52,421 nucleotides of DNA from a virus (taxonomy: Duplodnaviria; Caudoviricetes): IMG/VR virus record IMGVR_UViG_3300012682_000006, positions 1-52,421 of that record. One strand, given 5' to 3'. The notes under the pieces were generated by a model. It did no database searches. It was not told the DNA's origin and saw nothing but the letters and a program-made list of their open reading frames with translations. The position numbers were made by a program, and so were the translations under genes. The first letter of the stretch is position 1, and each line of letters begins with the position of its first letter. Shown here piece by piece: positions 1 through 9,292 of this stretch.

Positions 1-254
1 GGATAGCAACTAGGCCAGTGGGTGCAGGGCCATGGTGTACCTCTCCTCTCTCCCTTACCTAGGCCAGTAGCCCCTCGCCTTGCGCAAACAGGGCGCACGA
101 GATGGTGGTGTGGGCGTAGGCGTACGTGCCCCCCTCTCTACATGCAGCACGGGTACACACTCCCCGGGGGTCATGCGCAGGAGGGAAAGGGCTTTCTGAA
201 CGGGGGCCTGGGTGTGGTACGCTCGTGGGTCACCCACCAACGTAGGAGGATCCC

Positions 255-608
255 ATGGAGATAAAGATCGACGCCGAGGCCGTGCAGGCCGTGGTGCAGC
301 AGGCCATCTTCGACCAGTTGGGCTCGGAGGGCCGAGACCGGCTCGTGCAGGCCTCGCTCGAACACCTCCTCAAGACGGAGCCAGACCAGTACGGCCGACC
401 CCGCTCGGTCTCGCCCCTGCAGAGGGCCTTCAACGATGCGGTCGGGATCGCAGCCCGAGACATCGTGATCGAGTTCGTGCGGAACGACGAGGAGTTCAAG
501 CAGCGCATCAAGGTCGTCATCGGGGAAGCGATGCTGAAGATCGACGAGGACGACTACTCCGAGAACGTCGGTTTGGCGCTCGGTGCTGCGCTCAGGAAGG
601 ACCGATGA
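255..608 (+). CDS. hypothetical protein
   Basis: AGGAGG RBS before ATG, GC3-biased codons, ATGA overlap with next gene. Confidence 0.8.
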   Translation: MEIKIDAEAVQAVVQQAIFDQLGSEGRDRLVQASLEHLLKTEPDQYGRPRSVSPLQRAFNDAVGIAARDIVIEFVRNDEEFKQRIKVVIGEAMLKIDEDDYSENVGLALGAALRKDR

Positions 609-868
609 GCACGCACCGCACGAGCGTCGAGCCCGAGATCACGACGTGGTCGCTTGACGGCGAGCGCAACCTGCAGATCACGGTGTCCGTTGCCCCGTTT
701 GACGGCATCAGGTACTTCTTCTGGAGCGCTCCCGGGTGGACCAACCGACGGTCAGACGTAGACACGATCGACGGGCCGCTCGGGATCCTCCTCGACCACC
801 TCTTGCTGCAGCACCCCGTGCTCGGGCTCATGAGCGAGTTCCTGGGAATCGTCGAGGGCGAGTCATGA
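605..868 (+). CDS. hypothetical protein (MSTHRTSVEP...)
   Basis: ATGA overlaps at both ends; C-terminal part of track ORF 212..868. Confidence 0.7.
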   Translation: MSTHRTSVEPEITTWSLDGERNLQITVSVAPFDGIRYFFWSAPGWTNRRSDVDTIDGPLGILLDHLLLQHPVLGLMSEFLGIVEGES

Positions 869-1338
869 CGCAGCGGGTGAAGGTGTTCCTCGACGTCGAT
901 GGTGTGCTCAACGCCGTCACGACGAAGCGAGTGCCTTGCGCAGACTGGGACGACTGGAAGGTCACGAAGTGCGACGGTTGGCCGATCAACCACAGCGTGC
1001 AGATGGGCGCTGCGCTGCGGGCGCTCGACGCCGACTTCTCGTGGCTGACCACGTGGGGCGTCGAGGCCAACGAGTTCATCCGGCCCCTGTTCGGTTGGTC
1101 TGAGTTCCCCGTGCTCGCCGTACCGCCTTTCGAGTGGTGGAAGTTCGAGGCCATGCAACTCGTGTATGACGCCGACCCTTCCCCCTTCATCTGGGTGGAC
1201 GACGACCTCTCGTACGAGCGGGACGCCATGGACTGGACGGTCGACAACGGTGGGCTCGTGATCTCCCCCGCCACCCGGCAAGGCCTCACGAAGAACGAGA
1301 TCGAGGCGATGGCGGCCTACATCAGGAAGGCGTGCTGA
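865..1338 (+). CDS. HAD-superfamily hydrolase (Swiss-Army-Knife RNA-repair-like HAD)
   Basis: FLDVDGVLN motif I, WLTTW, WVDDDL, P...GLT. Confidence 0.8.
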   Translation: MTQRVKVFLDVDGVLNAVTTKRVPCADWDDWKVTKCDGWPINHSVQMGAALRALDADFSWLTTWGVEANEFIRPLFGWSEFPVLAVPPFEWWKFEAMQLVYDADPSPFIWVDDDLSYERDAMDWTVDNGGLVISPATRQGLTKNEIEAMAAYIRKAC

Positions 1339-1449
1339 TGCCGGTCACGGTGCACGGGCACGAGGAGGGCGAGCCGTGCAATGTCTTCTGCTTCGAGGAC
1401 GTCACGTGGTGGGAGCGTGTCGTCTTGCGCATCCATCGCTGGTGGTCTC

Positions 1450-1791
1450 GTGGCCAGGGGTAGACCACCGGTCGAGGAGCGGTGCGCTCGTGGGCGCCCG
1501 TTCGGCACGGTCAAGCGAGAGGTGAACGGCCCGCTCGGGCGTGGGATGTGCATGGGGTGCGGTGCTGGCCCCCTGCACGCTCCCGCTGTGGGCTGCTGCT
1601 CGTACCTCCGGGAGTGGGATCCATCCGATGGTCACGGCCTGCGTCTGTGCCGTGACTGCGCCCTCGGCTACGACTACGAGACCACCGGCAAGACGAGCAT
1701 CCAGAACTCACCCTTTGCCCAGAAGGAGTGGGCGGTGGTCGTTGACCTTCAGCGCCGAGCGAGGGCGCTACGTGATCAGGCGGGGACGTAG
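1450..1791 (+). CDS. Cys-rich hypothetical protein
   Basis: GTG start in track ORF 1381..1791; CxxC pairs CMGC and CRDC. Confidence 0.55.
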   Translation: MARGRPPVEERCARGRPFGTVKREVNGPLGRGMCMGCGAGPLHAPAVGCCSYLREWDPSDGHGLRLCRDCALGYDYETTGKTSIQNSPFAQKEWAVVVDLQRRARALRDQAGT

Positions 1792-1919
1792 CCCTCACGC
1801 AGGATCGTGAGGAGTTCGGCCTCCGTGTGCCCCATCTCGAAGCACGCTGCGCAGAGGCCCTCCTCCCTGTTCAAGAGGAAGACCGCACGGTGCTTGTGGC
1901 AGCGGCAGCAGATGACCAT
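1776..1919 (-). CDS. small Zn-finger-like protein (47 aa, not in ORF track)
   Basis: MVICCRCHKH...LCAAC; preceded by TTGACG-N18-CATGAT-6nt-ATG. Confidence 0.55.
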   Translation of the reverse strand: MVICCRCHKHRAVFLLNREEGLCAACFEMGHTEAELLTILREGYVPA

Positions 1920-1972
1920 GCGCTCATCATGTGCCCAAGTCTTGACCGTCGTCAACCTTGAATGTCGAGGGG

Positions 1973-3484
1973 TCAGGAGTTGGGGGTTGGTTCGACGATC
2001 TCGGCGTCGAGGATCTCCGCCATGAGTTCATTCGTTCGACGAGCATCCGCTGGTGAATCCACGAGTCGAGTCGGACCAGCCGCCTCTTCCCCGAAAAGCC
2101 TTGAGAGGACACCAGCACCACCCCTTGTCTCGACCGTCATCTTCATGAACTCACGGTTGTCCTGGATGTCCTTCATCCGCTCCACCAACTTGAAGAGTCG
2201 GTCCATCTCGTTCGACAGGTTCGGGTCCGGGTATCCGCCCTCCAACTCTTCGTTGAACCGAGCGAACAACACACGCTGAGACTGCATCTCGATCATGCCC
2301 GTCAGCAGTGCGAGCAGTTGATCCTTCGTCTTCACCTCGACCGGGATGTCGTACGCACAGGCGCTGTTCTCGATGAAGGCCGGGCAGTTAGTTGCTACAT
2401 AGCAGGTGTCGCACTTGCGCATCGAGGACGAGCGCAGCGACAGGACGTCCACCGTCTTGACCGGTTCTCCAGCCTCCGAGGGCGCTTGGATCCTCGTGGT
2501 CTCGAACACGGGCAGGATCGCACGCTGCTCACGCACGGCTGGCAGGTTCCGCCCTGCGGGGTGCGATGCAGCAACAGCGCTCCGGTCGTCTTCCACGATC
2601 GTCTCCTCGGACTCTTCAGCCCATGTAGTTGCTACATCGGACCCCTGAACGACCTCCAGGTGCCTCACACCACGCCGCTTGGCCACATGCTCCTCGAACT
2701 GGCGCCACGACCAGATGGTGAATCGAGCCACCTCGTTGGGCTCATCTTTGGCGATCGCATCGGCGTCGAACCCTGCCCTCGTGAACAGAGAGCGATGCCT
2801 CTTCCGAGCGGCCTCCTTCATGTGCATGGGGTACCGCTTCAACCTCGACCCATCCCACACGATGGTCTCACCGAAGCGCATGGCCGAGAGCCACGAAGAC
2901 GTGCTCGCCGTGCTGTATCTGGTGTTGAGGAGGACGTCGGGAGATGCGATGGAGACGCCGTGCAGGTCGACCGAGTACTTCTGATGGATGCTGTTGAGGC
3001 GGCCACGCAACTGCGTGTTCTCACTCATCTCAGCGCCCACCACAGCGATGCGGTCGTAACGCTCTCCGAGCGCTTCCAGAGCCTGCAGTCCATGGTCCTT
3101 GTGCCACACCGGCATGAACTTGTCGACCGGCAACTTGTCGAAGAAGTCCCGCCTCATGCCCTCGATCCAGTCGAGCCCGAGCGGGAGCGCATCGAACTCG
3201 CTGATGATGTCGAGGCGGTCCACGTTGATCTCGACGAAGTCCACGTACTTGTCGGCCAGCGCCTGCAGGTCGTCGAGGTCGATCTCGGCGCCGTGGATGG
3301 CGGGGTCGAGGAGGACGGCCTGGCCCTCGGGGAAGTTATCGGCCACCTTCCAGACCTTGGTCTTGGGGAGGCGCTCGGCCAGGTGACGGAACGACAGGCC
3401 CACACCTGCAGCGCCCTGCTCGGCCAGCATCTTGCGCCAGCCGGGTACGTCAGCACCCTGGAAGAAGAGAGTGAACCCGCTCAT
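1973..3484 (-). CDS. TGT/DpdA-like protein with C-terminal Cys cluster
   Basis: LHG...STASTSSW...RFG resembles the H-G...SxDS(S/T)W motif; CDTC-x5-C-x8-C. Confidence 0.5.
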   Translation of the reverse strand: MSGFTLFFQGADVPGWRKMLAEQGAAGVGLSFRHLAERLPKTKVWKVADNFPEGQAVLLDPAIHGAEIDLDDLQALADKYVDFVEINVDRLDIISEFDALPLGLDWIEGMRRDFFDKLPVDKFMPVWHKDHGLQALEALGERYDRIAVVGAEMSENTQLRGRLNSIHQKYSVDLHGVSIASPDVLLNTRYSTASTSSWLSAMRFGETIVWDGSRLKRYPMHMKEAARKRHRSLFTRAGFDADAIAKDEPNEVARFTIWSWRQFEEHVAKRRGVRHLEVVQGSDVATTWAEESEETIVEDDRSAVAASHPAGRNLPAVREQRAILPVFETTRIQAPSEAGEPVKTVDVLSLRSSSMRKCDTCYVATNCPAFIENSACAYDIPVEVKTKDQLLALLTGMIEMQSQRVLFARFNEELEGGYPDPNLSNEMDRLFKLVERMKDIQDNREFMKMTVETRGGAGVLSRLFGEEAAGPTRLVDSPADARRTNELMAEILDAEIVEPTPNS

Positions 3485-3502
3485 GGCCCTCAGCGTACGA
3501 GC

Positions 3503-3530
3503 AGAGGCCCCTGTGGCTCGATCTCAGGCC
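3503..3530 (-). repeat. dispersed 26-28 bp repeat, copy 1
   Basis: GGCCTGAGATCGAGCCACAGGGGCCTCT. Confidence 0.7.
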
Positions 3531-3668
3531 TTGCAGGCGCCGGAGCACCGAGGTCGCCGCACCCGGGAAGCATGGACGGGAGCGTCGAGCAGGGCACTCA
3601 CTGAGGGGGCGGTGATGAGGTCTGACTCACACAGGGCCTCCATGAGTTTGCGCATGGGGGCGTGGCCA

Positions 3669-4028
3669 TCAGACCGATCCACCGCTATCGCCAGCGCCCA
3701 TCGAGCCGTCACCGCCAGCCTCTAGGTACCCGCTGTCGAACTGCGAGCCGATCTGGTTGTACGCCAGCCGGTGCTCGGGCGCCCACGAGGGGCTGTCGTT
3801 GATGTACGAGGTGGCGTCCCGCATCGTGGGGAACGTCATCGGCGCTACGAACCCACTCGAACGGGGGCGAGCGCTCCATGCGTTGGGGCTCCGCCTACGT
3901 GCCCCCACAGCGGTCTTGCGCACCTCCCAGCGCTGATCGTCGCTGACGTACTCGCCAGACCCCTCAGCGGCCTTGTAGAAGGCACTCACACGTGCCTGGG
4001 GGAACTGCTCCTGGCTGAGGTTGCTCAT
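3669..4028 (-). CDS. hypothetical protein with N-terminal LSxxQF motif
   Basis: GGAGG RBS, ATGA overlap, starts MSNLSQEQF. Confidence 0.75.
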   Translation of the reverse strand: MSNLSQEQFPQARVSAFYKAAEGSGEYVSDDQRWEVRKTAVGARRRSPNAWSARPRSSGFVAPMTFPTMRDATSYINDSPSWAPEHRLAYNQIGSQFDSGYLEAGGDGSMGAGDSGGSV

Positions 4029-4510
4029 CGGTGCCTCCATGTGGGCGTGTGGTGCGGGCTGTAGTACTCGTCGTCCGTCTCGCCCTCGTGCTCGACCGGG
4101 ATCTCGGTGTGGCCAGCCTGCTCCAGGTGAGCAAGGCGGTGGTGGCCGTCGGTCAACTCGGTGCCCGTGGTGGTGGGCGACGTGTCGCCGTACGGGTCGT
4201 AGTGGAACAGCGTCACGGGCGGCGTCTCACCCTTGGCGATCATGCTCCCGTACCCGTCGGCGTGCTCGGTCCCGCCCTGCCGGTGCTCGTATGAGTGCGC
4301 CTCCATGAGTTTGGCGTCACGCAGCGACGGCGAGCGCCCCTTCCATCCGGTCGGGCGCTGCTCACGGTCCGGCTTGACCCACTGGTCTCGGGGCGTGACG
4401 TTGGGACCCTGCAGCGACGAGTCGCCCTTGGGGATCTCGTTGATGATCTTCTTGAGGGGCTCGAACGTAGACAGTTGCTCGAACTGACGCCCGTTCACGT
4501 TCCGGTTCAT
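4025..4510 (-). CDS. ParB/Srx-like domain protein
   Basis: PPV...ELTDGHHRL motif; paralog of next gene. Confidence 0.65.
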   Translation of the reverse strand: MNRNVNGRQFEQLSTFEPLKKIINEIPKGDSSLQGPNVTPRDQWVKPDREQRPTGWKGRSPSLRDAKLMEAHSYEHRQGGTEHADGYGSMIAKGETPPVTLFHYDPYGDTSPTTTGTELTDGHHRLAHLEQAGHTEIPVEHEGETDDEYYSPHHTPTWRHR

Positions 4511-4983
4511 CGGTATCTCCACGGCCTGCGGGGGTTGTAGAAGTCCTTGTCCCTGCCCAGCCCGGCTTCTTCCACAGCGATCTCCGTGTGGCCTTGCTCC
4601 TGGAGATGAGCGATTCGGTGGTGTCCATCCATGAGTTCGGGCCGTCCCTGTCCGAAGCGGTGGTGGACCACCGGGGGCTTGGGCGGTCCGTAGTCACTGA
4701 TGAAGCGGGGGTCACTCTTCGTCTCTTCACCCTGGAGCATCTTCTCGTAGGTCATCCCCTTGCGGAGCCGGGACTTGTCCCGCAACTTCATCTCACGCAG
4801 CGACTTGCCGAGAGGTCCGCCGTACGGGCTCTCCCACTGGTCTCGGGGCGACATCTGTGATCCAGGGCCACCCGGGGCGTAGGGGCTGTCGGCCTTGTCG
4901 TACTCGTCGATGATCGTCTTGAGGGGCGTGAACATCTCGCCCTGGTTGAACTGGCGACCGTTGACGTTTCGGTTCGTGCTCAC
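4507..4983 (-). CDS. ParB/Srx-like domain protein (tandem paralog)
   Basis: PPV...ELMDGHHRI motif; GTGA overlap start. Confidence 0.65.
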   Translation of the reverse strand: MSTNRNVNGRQFNQGEMFTPLKTIIDEYDKADSPYAPGGPGSQMSPRDQWESPYGGPLGKSLREMKLRDKSRLRKGMTYEKMLQGEETKSDPRFISDYGPPKPPVVHHRFGQGRPELMDGHHRIAHLQEQGHTEIAVEEAGLGRDKDFYNPRRPWRYR

Positions 4984-5492
4984 AACGTGCTCGCATCCTT
5001 CCGGGGGTCGGTGCGGATGAGGACGACCTGTCGGTCGACCTCTGCCTCGATCTGCGACCACTCACGCACGGCTGGCGCAGCGTCCGGTCGGAACTCGGGC
5101 CGCATGTACGTGGGGTGAGAGAACAGCATCGTGGGGATCCCGTGGAAGAGCGAACGAGCGGCCACAGCCGGGCTGGGCGTGACCAGGAGGCCCACGTCCT
5201 CGGAGAGGCCCCTGAGGGCGTACAGGTGCCTCTCACGGACCTCTGCGTTCGAGCAGTCGCTGTCCCTGGGCGTGCGGGTGAGGAGCACGGGGTGATCGGA
5301 CAGGCTGTGCACGGTCAGCCAGTGCTGGACGAGGTCTCGATCCTCGTTGCTGCTCGACAGGGCGATCCTGAAGCCCGTCTTGAGGGCGTGGTACAGGGCG
5401 ATCCCGGAGCGGATGGGTGACGCAGTCGAGATGGACGTGCTGACCTCGCTGGCCAGCACACCCTCGATCGACATGAGCACGGTGGACGCCAC
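4980..5492 (-). CDS. hypothetical protein, degenerate HAD-like fold
   Basis: VLMSIEGVL resembles HAD motif I without the catalytic Asp; TAGCCT 6 nt before GTG. Confidence 0.6.
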   Translation of the reverse strand: MASTVLMSIEGVLASEVSTSISTASPIRSGIALYHALKTGFRIALSSSNEDRDLVQHWLTVHSLSDHPVLLTRTPRDSDCSNAEVRERHLYALRGLSEDVGLLVTPSPAVAARSLFHGIPTMLFSHPTYMRPEFRPDAAPAVREWSQIEAEVDRQVVLIRTDPRKDASTL

Positions 5493-5566
5493 CGCCTCAG
5501 GCTACTTCTGCGTGCTCCCTCAGGCGTCGACAGGCTCGTACTTGGCGGCGAAGCGGTAGAGGCCCA

Positions 5567-6136
5567 TCACCCACGCCTCGGCGGGAGGTTGATGCCCTCC
5601 TGCGCCAGGCGCTGGGCGAGCGCAGCGTTCTTCTGCTGCTCCATCATCATCTGCGCCGTCTGCTGCTGAGCGTTGACGATCATCTGCGTGGTGTTGAGGA
5701 CCTGGATGTCGGACAAAACCTCCGAGCACCCGTGCAGCATGAGCGAGAGGTTGGCGACCGTCTGCACCTCGTAGACGGCCTTGATGTCGCTCGTGGCGAG
5801 CCACTTGCCGGTCGGGTCCTGGTAGACGATGAAGGCGGCGTGGCACGGGATGGTGTCGGGCGGCGTGATGTCGTAGCCCTCCTGGTTGCCGGGCTCGGGC
5901 TCAGGGTTGGCCTCGGGCTCGTCCTCCATGCCGGGGAACTGCAACTGGTTGGGGTCGACCTTCTGGCGCTCGGCCTCCTCGGCCTGGCGCTTCTCGAAGT
6001 CCTCCTGCCCGTCGTTGGCGCCCGGACCCTGGTGGATCATGGGCGTGCGCTTGCGGCGGTCGTTGACAATGTGGCCGGGCTTGGTCTCGTCGTCGCTCAT
6101 CTCGTGCTCCTGGTTGTCGTTCGGATCGGTGGTCAC
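5567..6136 (-). CDS. hypothetical protein
   Basis: GC3 bias, coupled to upstream gene. Confidence 0.75.
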   Translation of the reverse strand: MTTDPNDNQEHEMSDDETKPGHIVNDRRKRTPMIHQGPGANDGQEDFEKRQAEEAERQKVDPNQLQFPGMEDEPEANPEPEPGNQEGYDITPPDTIPCHAAFIVYQDPTGKWLATSDIKAVYEVQTVANLSLMLHGCSEVLSDIQVLNTTQMIVNAQQQTAQMMMEQQKNAALAQRLAQEGINLPPRRG

Positions 6137-6588
6137 TTGTAGTCGCCCCGCTTAGCCCGCTTCTCGACCATCACCCGAGACGCAACCGGGCAGTAGGCGC
6201 AAAGGTAAATCTTGGGGGCGTTGTTCCAGCCAGCGCTCGTCGGGTTGCCGAGGCGCTTGCGATCGTCCTGCCAGTCGATGCAGCGCTCGGGACGGTTGTG
6301 CTCGTTGAAGCACTTCATGGCGTCCTGCTGGAACGTGTCCTTCGTGGCGTAGAACTCGGGGTCGAAGCCGGTCGTGTCGTTGGACGTGACCTGCTTCAGG
6401 ATCTCCTTGCGCCGCTCGGCGTTGTCCCAGTCGGACTGCGAGATCTTGATGAGGTTGCCGAGGTGCTCCATGTCACCCGTGCGGTGCCTGCTCGACAGGG
6501 CGTCGAGAAGGACGTCACGCTCGGGCGGACCGTCGAAGTCGGGCAACTCCTCCAGCGTGCCGCATGTGTTGCACTTGAGCAACCTCAC
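6133..6588 (-). CDS. Zn-binding hypothetical protein
   Basis: GTGA overlap start; CNTC, C...H...C, CAYC. Confidence 0.75.
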   Translation of the reverse strand: MRLLKCNTCGTLEELPDFDGPPERDVLLDALSSRHRTGDMEHLGNLIKISQSDWDNAERRKEILKQVTSNDTTGFDPEFYATKDTFQQDAMKCFNEHNRPERCIDWQDDRKRLGNPTSAGWNNAPKIYLCAYCPVASRVMVEKRAKRGDYK

Positions 6589-7004
6589 CGAACCTGACTC
6601 CAGTCCGCTACCGGAGAGCCAGGTTCGTTGATGTTGTTCTGGTGATCGAGATCGACGGCGGTCTGCATGGCGTTGGCGAACCACCCGGTCATCCAGCCCT
6701 CGAACTCGGGGTCATTCGGGTCGACGCCGATCCCCCGTGCGACCCTGCAGAACTCGTCGGCCCACACCGCAGCGTCGCTGGTGGCGTACAGGCGCTCGGT
6801 CATGCTGGCCAAGTCCTCCTGCTTCAGGACGTCGCCGAGCATCTCGTAGGCGATCGCCATCACATGTGCCACGCCTGCAGGGTCAGCGATCAGGCGGTCC
6901 TCGCCGACCCTGCCGCTCCACACACCTTCGTAGTCTCGGCTGAAGACGACGTTTTGGCCGTCGGGCATGCCGATGGTCCTCGTGTTGCTGTCGTCGATCA
7001 TCAC
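6585..7004 (-). CDS. hypothetical protein
   Basis: coupled ORF, GC3 bias. Confidence 0.75.
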   Translation of the reverse strand: MMIDDSNTRTIGMPDGQNVVFSRDYEGVWSGRVGEDRLIADPAGVAHVMAIAYEMLGDVLKQEDLASMTERLYATSDAAVWADEFCRVARGIGVDPNDPEFEGWMTGWFANAMQTAVDLDHQNNINEPGSPVADWSQVR

Positions 7005-7225
7005 TGGTTCTCCGGGCTGCGAGCGATCGAGGCGTTGGCCCAGAACATGGCCTCCTCCAGCGCCGTGACCATGAGGCTCTGCTCCCGGCCCGGCTTCGTC
7101 TCGTTCATCAGGGCGAGGGCGGCTTCGTACAGAACACTCCGCACCTCTTGGTGTGCCTCACGGGTGGCGTCGGTCTTGGGCGGGCCGAATCGCAGGGCGA
7201 GGTCGTCTTCGTCGAGTGCTGCCAT
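7001..7225 (-). CDS. Acb2/Tad1-like cyclic-nucleotide sponge (candidate anti-defence protein)
   Basis: 74 aa; GREQSLMVTALEEAMFWANASIAR matches the R-x2-S-x3-T-x-LEEA-x2-W signature; AAGGAG RBS. Confidence 0.7.
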   Translation of the reverse strand: MAALDEDDLALRFGPPKTDATREAHQEVRSVLYEAALALMNETKPGREQSLMVTALEEAMFWANASIARSPENQ

Positions 7226-7283
7226 GGCAGGTTCTCCTTGTCGATGGATCGAGGAGTAGAACGCTACTCGATTCTGAACGACG

Positions 7284-7718
7284 TCAACACTCCCGGTATC
7301 GCAGCGTCTGGCCGCAAGACTGCGAGCACGTTGCAGTGTCCTTCCGAGAGCCATCTGGCATCGTGCGCCGCTTGGGCTTGAACAGCACGTCACAGACAAG
7401 ACACGGCACCGACGGCTTCCGCTGGCCTCTCGGCTTGCCCTTCGGCCAGCCCCACCCACCAGTTGCGATGTGTTCTTGGATGTGGCCGGACTGCGATTCA
7501 TGGTGCTCCAAGTTCTCCACTCGGTTGTCTTGCTTGTCCCGGTTCCGGTGATGGACAATCTCGGCGGGCTCCAGCAAGCGCCCCAGCACCGCCTCCATGA
7601 CGAGACGGTGCTGGTAGACGTAGCGCTTGCGAAGAGGGCACCACTCCTCGATGTAGCCGTTGTGCTCACGAGAACGGCGGACGCCCCACTTCTTGCCCTG
7701 CTGGTACGTTCGAGCCAT
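7284..7718 (-). CDS. free-standing HNH endonuclease
   Basis: HRLVME...VHHRNRDKQDNRVENL...H plus C-terminal CxxC...CSxxC. Confidence 0.9.
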   Translation of the reverse strand: MARTYQQGKKWGVRRSREHNGYIEEWCPLRKRYVYQHRLVMEAVLGRLLEPAEIVHHRNRDKQDNRVENLEHHESQSGHIQEHIATGGWGWPKGKPRGQRKPSVPCLVCDVLFKPKRRTMPDGSRKDTATCSQSCGQTLRYREC

Positions 7719-7744
7719 ACGACCAAGTCTAGGCGATAAGTGCC

Positions 7745-8344
7745 TTAGCAGGACCAATGGCTTCGGCCCCTCCCGCCGTCCCACAACGCAGCGGCGGCTG
7801 CGTCCTGTACGTGCTCAGGAGCATCAGACGCTCTGGCATACCCGCCATAGTTGTTCCATGAGGAATCCAAGAACTGCCACTTGCCCGATGCGCTCGACGT
7901 CGGGTTCTCGGCCGTCAACTTCCCGCCCGACTCGCAAGCGAGGATGGCGCAGGACGGCAGATTGCCACCGCACGCTCCAGAGCCCTGTGTGGCCCTCTGG
8001 GGGCTGGAAGCCCTGACTGCCGCCTGCGGGGCCTGGCGGGCCTGAGATCGACGTACAGGGGCCTCTCGTTCAGATCTGGCTGCAACCTCGGCTCGTGCAG
8101 CGGCTGCCTCAGCGGCGAGGCGGTCCTGCTCGGCGTGCCATGCCTGGTGCCGGCGCTCGACCTCGGCATTCCAGATGCGAATCGCCTCATCACGCTCGGC
8201 CTGCTGCCACACGAGGATGGCGTGGGCGTGCGCCTCGATGATCGAGTTCGTGAAGGTGGGGTCGGCTGTTGCGGCTGGGACTGCGGCGGGCGCTGCGGAC
8301 ACCGTGAGCACGGCAGCCATGAGGGTCGAGAGGATGGTGAGCAC
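7745..8344 (-). CDS. secreted Rpf-like lytic transglycosylase
   Basis: signal peptide, helical linker, ACESGG...GKWQF...W...ASDA...QD...W. Confidence 0.85.
   Translation of the reverse strand: MLTILSTLMAAVLTVSAAPAAVPAATADPTFTNSIIEAHAHAILVWQQAERDEAIRIWNAEVERRHQAWHAEQDRLAAEAAAARAEVAARSEREAPVRRSQARQAPQAAVRASSPQRATQGSGACGGNLPSCAILACESGGKLTAENPTSSASGKWQFLDSSWNNYGGYARASDAPEHVQDAAAAALWDGGRGRSHWSC
8039..8066 (+). repeat. dispersed repeat, copy 2
   Basis: GGCCTGAGATCGACGTACAGGGGCCTCT. Confidence 0.7.
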
Positions 8345-8372
8345 GTGGTCCGGCTCCTGTGTCGACGACGGG

Positions 8373-8403
8373 ACAGCAAAGAGCCCCCGGTGAGGGGGGC
8401 TCT
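8373..8403 (-). terminator. intrinsic terminator-like hairpin
   Basis: AGAGCCCCC/GGGGGCTCT 9-bp stem followed by TTGCTGT on minus strand. Confidence 0.55.
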
Positions 8404-8453
8404 CGACGAACTGCAGGTTACAAGTCCGTGACTATCTGACCAAGGCTAACACT

Positions 8454-8765
8454 TTAGTGCAAGTCGAGGTGACGGGACCGCTTGCGCTGCGCCGATGCGT
8501 ACCAAGTCGGGTTCGAGGTGGCCAGGAAGGCGAGCGCCTCGTCCTCGTCCGCCTGCAGCGTGAACGTGCAGCGTCCCCGCCCTCGCACGACGGTCGTGAG
8601 CGTGACGGTGGCGCCGAGCAGGGTCTCGTACGCCCACCTGTCCCACAAGGGTGTGCAGTCCCGAAAGCACCCCGCCACACGCCCTGTGTGGCCGTCAGGG
8701 CGGCGCCAGCGCAGGTCGGCCCTGATCGGGCCTGGCTGCACCGGGAACCGCTCCTGGAGGCTCAC
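8454..8765 (-). CDS. hypothetical protein
   Basis: fills gap, GC3 bias. Confidence 0.6.
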   Translation of the reverse strand: MSLQERFPVQPGPIRADLRWRRPDGHTGRVAGCFRDCTPLWDRWAYETLLGATVTLTTVVRGRGRCTFTLQADEDEALAFLATSNPTWYASAQRKRSRHLDLH

Positions 8766-8773
8766 AGGGGCCT

Positions 8774-9082
8774 CTACGAGCCCTCTGCCCGACGCTTTGC
8801 GTTGGCAACATCTCGACGGGCAGCCTCAGCGGCCAACGTGGCAGCGGCCTGAGTACGAGTGGTGTGAAGCCCGAAGGACTTCCCAGCAAACTCCGGCCGC
8901 CACGCTGCCTGGCCGGAGGTCTTGACCCGAGCCACCCGGCCAATCTTGCGCTCCCCAAGGGCAACATCGTGGATGGCCTCGGTCCTCCAGTCGGGGTCCT
9001 TGTGCCTGCTGGGGCGGAACGTGGGCTTGGGGGCGGCAGGCTCATCGCTCTGGAACTGGGGGCCAAGTGCTCGCTCTGTCAT
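8774..9082 (-). CDS. hypothetical protein with N-terminal RALGPQF motif
   Basis: shares N-terminal motif with five other small ORFs. Confidence 0.7.
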   Translation of the reverse strand: MTERALGPQFQSDEPAAPKPTFRPSRHKDPDWRTEAIHDVALGERKIGRVARVKTSGQAAWRPEFAGKSFGLHTTRTQAAATLAAEAARRDVANAKRRAEGS

Positions 9083-9097
9083 GGTGTGTCCATCCTC

Positions 9098-9292
9098 TCA
9101 CTTCTTCTTGCGGGGAGCGGGGTGCCAGCCGGGACCGGCCGGGACCCAGCGCCTGCCGCATCGGCACAGCCCGGTCCCGTTCTGTGGCGAGCAGTTGTGC
9201 TTCGGGTGGAGGCGAGGCTTGAGGATCCCGCCGTCGGGCTCGCCGTGTCCGTGCGTGGTGCACGAGCAGGTGGTGGGGGTGCGGACGCTCAT
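9098..9292 (-). CDS. small Cys/His-rich protein
   Basis: ATGA overlap with upstream gene. Confidence 0.55.
   Translation of the reverse strand: MSVRTPTTCSCTTHGHGEPDGGILKPRLHPKHNCSPQNGTGLCRCGRRWVPAGPGWHPAPRKKK

Noticed and set aside
1-240. Genome terminus or origin (CTAGGCCAGT twice, CCCCGGGG palindrome)
   Set aside because: Signals too short to support a call without flanking sequence or read data.
8345-8460. c-di-AMP (ydaO) riboswitch before the Rpf-like gene
   Set aside because: Leader too short and lacks recognisable ydaO motifs; only a simple hairpin is seen.
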